A stretch of DNA of 64,000 nucleotides from the human T2T-CHM13v2.0 reference genome, Homo sapiens. The position numbers and the translations under genes are program-made. The stretch is from the NCBI RefSeq assembly GCF_009914755.1, contig NC_060926.1; one strand, 5' to 3'. Below are positions 13,680-25,834 of this stretch, piece by piece. Positions within the stretch are counted from its first letter, which is position 1. Each line of letters starts with the position of its first letter. The notes under the pieces were generated by a model, which searched no databases, was not told the DNA's origin, and saw only the letters and a program-made list of their open reading frames with translations.

Positions 13680-15770
13680 TGCTGCCATCAGAATACTCCT
13701 CTCAAATTTTCACCTGCATTAACTACAATTGACTTAAACCCCCATCTTCTGGGCTCTGAAACCCATGCCTGAATTTGCTCCCAGGCTAATTTCCCACAGA
13801 CTGCTCTTAGCGAATGACTGCATGGCAAGGTCACTAAGGCAAGCCCATTTCTAGGAAAGAGACTCAGGACTCTTTGATGGGCATCTGTGACCTGAGGACT
13901 CACTCATGGGCTTAGTGAATTTTTTATTATTATTATACTTTAAGTTCTAGGGTACATGTGCACAACGTGCAGGTTTGTTACATATGTATATATGTGCCAT
14001 GTTGGTGTGCTGCACCCATTAACTCGTCATTTACATTACGTATTTCTCCTAATGCTATCCCTCCCCCATCCCCCAACCCCATGACAGGCCCCGGTGTGTG
14101 ACGTTCCCCTCCCTGTGTCCAGTTGTTCTCGTTGTTCAATTCCCACCTATGAGTGAGAACATGTGGTGTTTGGTTTTCTGTCCTTGCGATAGTTTGCTCA
14201 GAATGATGGTTTCCAGCTTCATCCATGTCACTACAAAGGACATGAACTGATCATTTTTTATGGCTGCATAGTATTCCATGGTGTATATGTGTCACATTTT
14301 CTTAATCCAATCTATCATTGATGGACATTTGGGTTGGTTCCAAGTCTTTGCTATTGTGACTAGCACTGCAGTAAACATACGAGTGCATGGGTCTTTATAG
14401 TAGAATGATTTATAATCCTTTGGGTATATACCCAGTAATGGGATGGCTGGGTCAAATGGTATTTCTAGTTCGAGATCCTTGAGGAATCACCACACTGTCT
14501 TCCACAATGGTTGAAGTAGTTTACAGTCCATCAACAGTGTAAAAGTGTTCCTATTTCTCCACATCCTCTCCAGCACCTGTTGTTTCCTGACTTTTTAATG
14601 ATTGCCATTCTAACTGGTGTGAGATGGTATCTCATTGTGGTTTTGATTTGCATTTCTCTCATGACCAGTGATGATGAGCAATATCATGAAAATGGCCATA
14701 CTGCCCAAGGTTATTTATAGATTCAATGCCATCCCCATCAAGCTACCAATGACTTTCTTCATAGAATTGGGAAAAACTACTTTAAAGTTCATATGGAACC
14801 AAAAAAGAACCCACATTGCCAAGACAATCCTAAGCAAGAAGAACAAAGCTGGAGGCATCATGCTTCCTGACTTCAAACTATTCTATGAGGCTACAGTAAC
14901 CAAAACAGCATGGTACTGGTACCAAAACAGAGATATAGACCAATGGAACAGAACAGAGGCCTCAGAAATAACACCACACACCTACAACCATGTGATCTTT
15001 AACAAACCTGACAAAAACAAGAAATGGAGAAAGGATTCCCTATTTAATAAATAGTGCTGGGAAAATTGGCTAGCCATATGTAGAAAGCTGAAACTGGATC
15101 CCTTCCTAACACCTTATACAAACATTAATTGAAGATGGATTAAAGACTTAAATGTTAGACCTAAAACCATAAAAACCCTAGAAGAAAACCTAGGCAATGC
15201 CATTCAGGACATAGGCATGGGCAAGGACTTCATGACTAAAACACCAAAAGCAATGGCAACAAAAGCCAAAATTGACAAATGGGATCTAATTAAACTAAAG
15301 AACTTCTACATAGCAAAAAAAGAAAAAAAAAACTACCATCAGAGTGAACAGGCAACCTACAAAATGGGAGAAAATTTTTGCAATCTACCCATCTGACAAA
15401 GGGCTAATATCCAGAATCTACGAAGAATTTAAACAAATTTACAAGAAAAAATCAACCCCATCAAAAAGTGGGCAAAGGATATGAAGAGACCCTTTCCAAA
15501 GAAGACATGTATGCAGCCAACAGACACATGAAAAAAGGCTTAGTAACTTTTTTCTAGAAATATATGTTAGACTGAGATACTTCCAACTACCCTTATCCCA
15601 TTTCTCCCTTCTTCCCTTTATCTTTCAGAGTCTGACCTGCATTATCTGAGGAAATTTCCAACCTTTGCCTGTTCCTTCCTCATTTGCTTTTACAGTCATT
15701 TTCTCTAATACATTTCTTTTATGTCAAGTACTTTTTTGTCATCTGTTTCTTAGAACATCCTGCTATTAAA
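13680..15770 (+). mobile_element. ERVL-type solo LTR (LTR33/LTR16-like) split by the inverted L1PA
   Basis: Starts 'tgctgccatcag'; resumes after the L1 TSD; ends with a degenerate AATAAA and 'gtcatctgtttcttagaacatcc', typical of ERVL LTR 3' ends. Confidence 0.55.
13921..15536 (-). mobile_element. L1PA (about L1PA6-7) with a 5' inversion (twin priming)
   Basis: Minus-strand 3' end at 13921-14680; plus-strand ORF2 piece at 14681-15536 (ORF 14668..15054, [19 protein letters not shown]...); TSD ggcttagtgaattttt / ggcttagtaacttttt at 13909 and 15537. Confidence 0.95.
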
Positions 15771-16109
15771 AAAATCTCTATAAAATGAAGTGATAATAGA
15801 GATATTATCATGATAAATAAGGCAAAAAATTTGACAGAATTCATCAGGTACCAAATTGCAAAACAGGAAACATGAAAAGTATCGCTAAAGGAAGAAGAAA
15901 CATTTTCCCAGATGGAAGTACAGAGATGCAAAACAGGAAAAAAAAAGTGGAGACAGAATAAATAAACCTGTGAATATAATGCATGTTCACTGTAGAAAAT
16001 TACGATGATACCAATGTCTTATGAGGTTAAATAATACATGACAATAAAAGAACAAAAGTCAAATAACGTAATATGTAGTTGAAGATCTCTTAGGTTCTTG
16101 TGTTACTTA

Positions 16110-16672
16110 TGGAAGTGAGCACCTTAAGCATGAGTAGGATTTGTGGATGTCCTCGGATTTCACTCCAGGAAAGGTGGCAGTGGTGAAGGGATTCTGCCTA
16201 TGTAATTAAGGTGACTTGTCATTTGACTTTAAGGTAATTAGGAGATTAACCTTGCTAGGCTTGACAAGTTAGATGAGCCCTTGAAAAGAGGGTCCAGACC
16301 TTTCATAGAGAGAGAGAGACAGAGATAGAGATGGAGATAGAGCTACATAGAATGAGAGACAGAGAGAGTGTGTCTTGCTTGTTTTGAAGACCTAAGCTGC
16401 TTTGGGAAGGCCTCTTGGCTGAAACCTAAGGGTACCCTCTAGGAACTGAGTGACTGCTTTTCAAGGACCAATAGAAAAGCATTGACTTCAGTCTTATAGC
16501 TGCGCCAACCTGCAGTAAGCTTGAGAAAGAGCCCCAAATAGCAGATGGGATTCAGATTATTAGCAGAGTTCCCAGCTAAATGGGGTCTGGACTCCTGAAA
16601 CCCAGAGATTATAAGATAATAAATGTGCCTTGTTTCAGGCTGCTACATTTTTGCTAATTTGTAACATTGCAT
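16110..16672 (+). mobile_element. MLT1 (MLT1E/F-like) solo LTR with an internal GA repeat
   Basis: 'atgtaattaaggtgac...gactttaag...ggagatta', 'gacttcagtcttatagctgc', 'agataataaatgtgccttgtttcaggctgctac'. Confidence 0.8.
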
Positions 16673-17997
16673 TTATAAAATTATAGCTTTTATAGTTGTT
16701 ATGTTAAAAACAGGTCTTACCCGACGATAAGTGTAAGTAAGACAAAAGGTCTTACTAGAGATAAGGAGGCATATTTTATAATAATAATTAACATACCAAA
16801 ACATATACAACTCAAAAACAGTTATGTAACTAATAAAATTGTCTGTAATTTACATAAGTCCAACTTTAAAAATTATTAGGAATAAATTCACTGTTACTGT
16901 AGCAGATTTTACCGTACCTTTATTTGAAACAACCATTTATTTCTGTTTCTAAGATATATTTCAAATATATCGCTTGAACAGTAATATTGTGATTTACAGA
17001 ATTTTTTAAAATTACCAAGAAAATAACTTGAAGAAGGAGATAAAGAGTGAATTCAGAAGGCTAGATAGATTTTGAAATTACCATCGCTCAAATCTATTCC
17101 TCTAGTAATAATTCATACCTTCAGGTTGAAATAAATCTTCAGGTTAGTTATCTTGCATACATTGTTTTTGAGATTAAAATGCCAGTGACATCATTAGTCT
17201 GGATAGCAGGGCTAAATTAGTTTCATTAGATTTTTGTGCCAATATTTTGTTCAATTCATTTAAATGGATTGATACATATCTAATTAGGAAATAATTTCCA
17301 TTAGATAAAAACACTAAATATAAAACTGAGACATTTATAACCTTTGTCTTATACAAATGTATTTTTTATTGCAACGGGTAGTGTTTCAATGGCTGTAATT
17401 TACTTCAAGATATATCATTATGCATTAAGTATATATGTGTCAGTATATTCAGTGACTTTAGGTTAGGAACTGTACTACTTCAAAATGTATATTTAATGGA
17501 TGGTTACAATATCAGATATGTTACATTCCATAGCATGTACCACTACAATAAACACTTTGCTTTTTCATATCTCCATCAGCACTTGAGATTAACATTGATT
17601 TATTTTTAAATAATAGACATTTTAATTAGTATAATTATAATTAAAGATAGACATTCACTGATGGAACTGAAAGAATTCAAGAAATATAGATTAACAAAAA
17701 TATTTTAGACACACTCCTCATCTTTGCATGAGTAGGATATCAGCATCTAGAGAGATCACTTCCTTGCTTCTTTAAGGATGGCATCTGAAGCTGCATCCTT
17801 CAGTGGTCCTCTATCCAGTCAAAGGTTTGGGATAATTCTGATTCAATGATATCAATTAAAATGGTAAAAATAATTGCTTCTGGAAAATTGTTTCATATCC
17901 CTGGCATGAATATTTCATATAAGGTGGTATTTAAACCGCCCAAACATACAGCTGGAAATTATTGGATTTACTGAATATGTTGCATTAAATGTGTTGT

Positions 17998-18293
17998 GGC
18001 TGGGTGAGGGGGCTCACGCCTGTAATTCCAGCACTTTGGGAAGCCAAGGTGGGTGGATCACTGGAGGCCAGAAGTTCAAGACCAGCCTGGCCAACATGGT
18101 GAAATCCTGTGTCTTCTAAAAATAGAAAACTTAGCCGGAAGTGGTGGTGCATGCCTGTAATCCCAGCTACTCGGGAGTCTGAGGCACGAGAATCGCTTGA
18201 ACCCTGGAAGTGGAGGACAAAGTGAGCCAAGATTGCATTGCTGCACTGCAGAGTGGGCAACAGAGCAAGACCCTGTCTAAAAAAAAAAAAAAG
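17998..18293 (+). mobile_element. AluS (Sx/Sz-like)
   Basis: Full Alu with an A tail; TSD aatgtgttgt / aatgtgctgt. Confidence 0.95.
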
Positions 18294-19119
18294 AATGTGC
18301 TGTGACTGCTAACACACACTTGTTTCATAAGTACATGTATGTTTGGCAGAATTTGTACTGAGATTCACTTAATTTTAAAACCTTCAAATGAGATGGTAGA
18401 CAATAGCTAAAATTAATGAATTTCATACCTAAAACTTCAAAACTAATCTAACAACTGTAAGTTATACATAACTGTATTTCCTTAGGTCAGTCCATTACCA
18501 AGGAACTATTAGAAGAAGAAAAGAAAAAAAAAAACTACATTCAAGGCAGAGAGAAAAGTAAGAGAAAATGCAAACAAAATGTGAAACTGTGAACTTTCAA
18601 AACATGAGTTCACACTCTGTTGCACACAACAAAAAGGCATTACAAACAAAATACAACAATTAAAAATGAAGAAAGTTAAGTCATTATAACCATGAGAAAA
18701 ATATTGATGAGGGAAAGCATATGAAAATATTTTGGAGTTTTTGTTGTTTTTTTCTAATTTCAATTGTAAAATTAAATGTTCAGGTAGTAGACACTCAATA
18801 TTTATTAAATGAAAAAGTTAATGGTTGAGCATATTAATAGATGAAGTTGAATTGTTTGAGATCTTGAACTTGAAGTTCATTATTAAATATTTTTGGGGTA
18901 AGGCAAGTAATGTTTTTTTCAGTAAGCATATAATTAAATCATGCATCCTGACTTGTATAAAATGACTAAATTTTATACAAGGAATAGACTGGAATAGAAA
19001 GAGATTGGGGGTAAGTAGGGGTAGGATGAGTGAAACCATAGAGGATATGATTACAGACTATGTAATGAGAAGTAATTGAGTATAAATATAAATTAAAAAG
19101 TGTAGGTATAATACTCAAA

Positions 19120-19570
19120 ATTTTTTCGAGGGCTTATAATGTTCCAGCACTATTTTAAGTGTTTTACCTATCATAGTGATTTATTTTTTTATTTTTCATT
19201 TTATTTATAATCCCTCCTGAGTAGCTGAGATTACAGGCATGCACCACCACAACTGGCTAATTTTGATATTTTTAGTAGAGAAAGGGTTTTTGTCGTGTTG
19301 GCCAGGCTTATCTCCAACTCCTGACCTCAAGTGATCCACCCCTCTTTGGTCTCCCAAAGTGCTGGGATTACAGGCATGAGACACTCGGCCGAGGTCATAA
19401 AATAACTCCTTACGACCATCCTGTAAGATGAATACTATTATTACTCCCATTTTTCAGATGTACTCTTCATGCCACAGAGAATTGAGAGAGCTGGTAAATA
19501 ATGGCACCAGAATTCAAACGTAAGCAGTCAAATCTGAGCGGACTCTAGAGATCAAATGTCTTAAACATTA
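19120..19570 (-). mobile_element. MIR interrupted by a partial Alu
   Basis: 'atgttccagcactattttaagtgttttac' and MIR core 'tattattactcccatttttcagatg...agctggtaaataatggcaccagaattcaaac'. Confidence 0.75.
19180..19392 (-). mobile_element. AluS lacking the distal ~100 bp of the right arm
   Basis: A T-rich tract is joined almost directly to 'cctcctgagtagctgagattacaggc'; the left arm is intact to 'cactcggcc'. Confidence 0.85.
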
Positions 19571-20479
19571 TGGAATAGGAGTGTATGACTGACTAACATC
19601 CAGTAATCATTAGGGAAAACAAACATGAGTGAGGACAACTGAAATAATTATGATACAATTAAGGGTGGTAGGTTACATTTGTATAGTTCTTTAAAATATG
19701 CATTATTCCACATGATCAGAAATATAAAAAGAACTAGACAGATACTGGTAGAGAGACAATTAATTTAAATTTGTAACATATTGCTTGGAGCAAGCATTCA
19801 AGTTGAGTGCTTAATGTGTATCGGTGACTGCACTGTGCAAATAAATTTGGGGTTAGTAAGAAAAAAGGGCCTAGAAAAATTAGAAGACTTATGCAATTTA
19901 ACTATGTAAAATAGAAAAATTAAAAGTTAGCAAAAGTTAGAAGGCTTATGTACAAATAGATACAAAATTTATGACTTTAGGAAATGAAGTTATTAAGATA
20001 AGCTCCCTAAAAAGGTAATATAAAAATATTGAACATTTCCTTAGACATTTTCGTCAAGATTTTTATTCTATGCATAAATATATCTGAAGAGAAATGTAAA
20101 TCAAATACATGTTTTGTCACCAAAATTCTTCTATTAATGATATCCTATTTTATAAAATATAAAGTAGGCAGAGGCAGTATTTACTAAAATATTAAGTTTG
20201 ATTCATTTTGTATATAACCATTTTTCAACAATATGGTCTGTACAATATTTTATAGACCCATTAATTTAAAAAGCTTATTTTAAAAAGTTTAAAACTTATT
20301 CTACAATTATGTAAATTTTCAAATGATAGACGTAAATGGAGAGAACGAAAGAGTAAATCCTGACGTTCATGAGCTGGCCTAACTCTCACAGCGAGGGCAT
20401 GCTATTCTCTTACTAGACATAAATAATCTTAGAGAATTCCAGCCTCACAATTCCTATCTCACAACCTCAATAGTAAGGA

Positions 20480-20929
20480 TGCTGTGAGACCATGATAAAA
20501 TGAGACAGTAAGGCAACTTCATAATTTTTTCTAAGCAGAAATAAAAGCAGGTTTCCTTTGCCACCCACAAAAATACCAAAATGCCCCGTTACTCAGCCAA
20601 AATTAGAGATTGACATTTCTTGATCAATTACAGTTTTAATCTTATACTAGTCTCCCCTTCCTTGTAGGTAAGATTTATTGAAGTAGCCAATTATAGAATT
20701 TCCCCCACTTTCTGACAGCACCCAATCTAGACTGAACCCCCACATACTTAGATGCATCCCTCAGTAATGCAACCAAAGACTAACTCCTATAGATTGTTTT
20801 TAACAATCTTTTACTGAGATACCCCAGTTTCCCCATAGCATGTGTTCTCCTTTGCTGCAATGAGTAATAAATCCACTGTGTGCAATTGCAGGGTTGGTTC
20901 CTGTGTATGTTTAGGTTGGGTCATTGACA
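20480..20929 (+). mobile_element. ERV1-class solo LTR (MER34/MER67-like)
   Basis: CCAAT boxes, 'ttactgagatacccc', 'tgcaatgagtaataaatcc', and a TG...CA ending 'cattgaca'. Confidence 0.55.
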
Positions 20930-22419
20930 TAAAATAATTATTTATTCTTTTAGACACTCAAAACAATTTAATGCTTACTAAGTGATTAGCATTCTCTTAA
21001 AAATTGAAAATGTAAAGAAAATAAAATTCACGGTCTTTTTCCATTTAAGCAGCTCATAGCTAATGACTGAATGAAAGGAAAAATACCCAAAGTGATTAGT
21101 ACAATTCTTTAAAGCATTAAAGAATAGAGTAACATGGAATTATTTCTAGTTTTGGTCGTTGAGATTATCTTGAGAGTGGTAACGGCTATGAAAGATAAGC
21201 CCTATTCTTCCAGGTACAGAAGGCAGTATTCACCGAAACAAACCCAACCTCAGATTTATTTTTTCTAAAACCCAGGTAGGTTTTTAATAGAAAGAAATAC
21301 GCTATCATAGCCACTGATATTGTTTCATGATATTATGTGCATCTTTTAAAGCTGCCTTTATTTTTGGAAAAAGGTAGACTAGAAATGCTGTAATAGTTAT
21401 TTTCTTTTAAAAAAGAAAAAAGTCAGCAAAATAGTGTCACATTAACCACTAGATAATTTTATTATAAAATTTTGTTAAAGACCATTGGAGACCAAAATGT
21501 GAGTTTCATAATTTTATTAGAATAAATGCATATAATTAGATTGTATAAATTTAGAAAGTTAACTGTATGACTTGTATTGTGTTCATAGTAAATGAATGAA
21601 ATCATGTGAAGTCATGGAGCAGCATTAATAATCCCAAAATATCCATCTCCTATCAGTTTTGGGACTGAAAAGCCACCAATTCACAGTTAGTCACATGTGT
21701 ATGAAGATTGAGAAAGTAGTTTAAATAATTTCTTCTAGAATTCTGGGGGAAAGGAACATGTTATGTTACCATCAAGTCATTTATTAATATGTCATTTATC
21801 TTAGTGATTAATATATTTCAAAAAGCTTTAGTTTCATACACGGAGAGCCCTACTAGAGTTGTGTATTTGCACTTGGCCAACCTAAGACTTTATTGATATT
21901 TGGATTAAACTACGTTAGTCTTGCTACATTCCTGTATGCTTAAAATAGAAGCTCAAAAAAGGGTACCCTTAGCTAAAGAATTTTTTTCTGTTTTCTTTTA
22001 CAAGAGAAAAATAACTTCAGTTTAAAGTGAGTCTAAAGGACCATGAGTCTTAGAACATAAAATTTCCTATTATGTCATGAAGTAGAATGTCAATAACTTA
22101 TGTCCAATAACTCAAAATGGATATTGAACTTTTATTTCTCTTTCATAAGTGAATCTCTTCGATCTCTATAACAAGACTACATACGTAGCTCAAGCACTAG
22201 TCAAAATTTAGCTTGATAGTAAGGTCTTCTGGGAATTTGAAACAGTAAATACATTGATGATAAACCTGTGTAGTTACAAGGTTATTAAACAAGGATGAAC
22301 GGATACATGCGTGAAGACACACGCTTTCCCACACATGCGCATACATCCAGCCTATTCTACAAGGCCAAAGGACTGCCCAGACCCTGAGGCACTTCCATAC
22401 TCTTTCTTCCACTCTTAAC

Positions 22420-24520
22420 GTTTTTATTTTAAATTCCACAGGAAGTACATGTGAAAAAAATGATAAAATCTTATAGACTCTCTTCCTCTCCCTGTCAAAA
22501 AGCTAACAATTTTTCATATTTTGTCTTATATTTTCTAGAACTTTTTCTGTTTAATGGAATAATTTTATACATATTGTATATAATCTAAATGATATTATTG
22601 CCATAATATGATGTTGAATTGTTTTTTCATTACTCAGAAATTTTCTGTTGCTGGAAATTTAGTTTGCTTTCAATTTTTGCTGTTTTAATAACTAATGAAT
22701 ACTGGTCTCTCTCTATAAAATATATAATAAATGTTATATAACATATATGCTATGTAACATATGTATGTTATGTTAGTGATTAACATATTTCAAAAAGCTT
22801 TAGTTTAGATATATACATAGTTTAGATATATATATGTCACATAACATATATATTTTATATAATAAAAAATGTATGTTATGTAACATATATGTTATATAAC
22901 GTTCATTGGAAGGAAGCACACAAGTATTTCTATTAAAATGGCTATATAATAAATATAAGTTATATGTCTTAATTATATATAACATATGTTATATATTGTA
23001 TATATAATATATATTATATTATGTTATATATTATGTAGACTATGTATTAAATATATGTATATATTATATATAAATATATAATATATATTTATAATTTATA
23101 ATTATAAATATATTTATAATATATTTTTCTAAATATTTATATATTATATATTATATCTAATGATATATAATAAATATATTTCTAATATATTTTATATTTA
23201 TAAATATTTTATATATATTATATATTTTATATATACTATATATTATATATTATATATTTTATATATACTATATATTATATAGTATATATTTTATATATAC
23301 TATATATTATATATTATATATTTTATATATACTATATACTATATATTATATATTTTATATATACTATATACTATTTATTATATATTTTATATATACTATA
23401 TACTATTTATTATATATTTTATATATACTATATACTATTTATTATATATTTTATATATACTATATATTATATATTATATATTTTATATATAATATATATT
23501 TATTATATATTTTATATATTATATATATTATATATTATATATTTATATATTATATAATATATATTTATTATATATTATATATTTATATATTATATATAAT
23601 ATAATATATATATTATATATTATATATATATTATATGTTTTATATATATTATATAATACATATTATATATTTTATATATATTTTATATTTTACATATAAT
23701 ATATAATATATATTATATATAAAATATATAATATATATTATATATAAAATATATAATATATATTATATATAAAATATATAATATATATTATATATAAAAT
23801 ATATAATATATATTATATATAAAATATATAATATATATTATATATAAAATATATAATATATATTATATATAAAATATATAATATATATTATATATAATAT
23901 AATATAATATATATTATATAAAATATATATAATATATAAAATATATAATATATGATATATATAATATATATTCTATATTTATACATATATATTTAATATT
24001 ATATTAATATATAATTATATATTATCATATGTAATAATAGATATAATATGTAATATATAAATTATAATTATATATTAATATTATATATTATTTAATATGT
24101 ATATTTACACATATATTAATTATTAAATATATATATTTAATATATTAAATATTATGTATTAAATATATATAATATATTTATAAATATTTTATATATAATA
24201 TATACATATATTAACATATATGTATATATGTATATATTATATATAACATTATATATATTATGTTACATATACTATATTTTATATGTTACATATACTATAT
24301 ATTATATGTTACATATAATATATATAACATATATTATAATATGTAACATATTATATATAACATATAATATATAGTATATATAACATATAACACATAATAT
24401 ATATTATATATAACATATATATTATATATAGACTTATGCCTTTTTCCTGTTATTCCCATAGGAAAACTCTTAATGAATTACCATGCCAACTAGCTTCCAA
24501 CCTTTTAAGCCTGCTGCTGC
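22420..24520 (-). mobile_element. Degenerate L1ME-type 3' fragment hosting the TA island
   Basis: 'tgttgctggaaatttagtttgctttcaatttttgctgttttaataac' lies before the island, and weakly L1-like sequence follows it. Confidence 0.45.
22707..24431. repeat. ~1.7 kb TA-rich island with internal minisatellites (28-32-mer and 25-mer)
   Basis: Almost entirely A/T. The 32-mer tatatattttatatatactatatactatttat repeats at about 23347-23460. Seven perfect copies of the 25-mer tattatatataaaatatataatata lie at 23711-23885. Confidence 0.98.
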
Positions 24521-24537
24521 ATATTGTCAACTTATTT

Positions 24538-25834
<1,297 letters not shown>

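Larger units (their letters stand above)
13040..16930 (+). mobile_element. Very old L1M 5' region, ORF1 and ORF2 start, broken up by an LTR, an L1PA and an MLT1
   Basis: 13560-13678 resembles the L1 ORF1 'RLTADFS.ETM.ARRQW...PRILY' DNA; 16750-16920 resembles endonuclease 'RDKEGH.IMI...N.Y.PN' DNA. Confidence 0.55.

Noticed and set aside
16702-16766. Short local duplication 'aggtcttac...gataag' with an inverted gtaagac
   Set aside because: Very short and within a decayed L1; cannot be distinguished from ordinary slippage.
23139-23170. Single unit resembling the 33 bp FRA16B AT-rich minisatellite as I recall it (atatattatatattatatctaat...)
   Set aside because: Only one copy, within near two-letter sequence where convergence is expected. 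It does not identify the locus as FRA16B.
23200-23900. Regularly spaced repeats as a CRISPR-like array
   Set aside because: These are head-to-tail tandem units with no unique spacers, in eukaryotic DNA with no cas-like ORFs.
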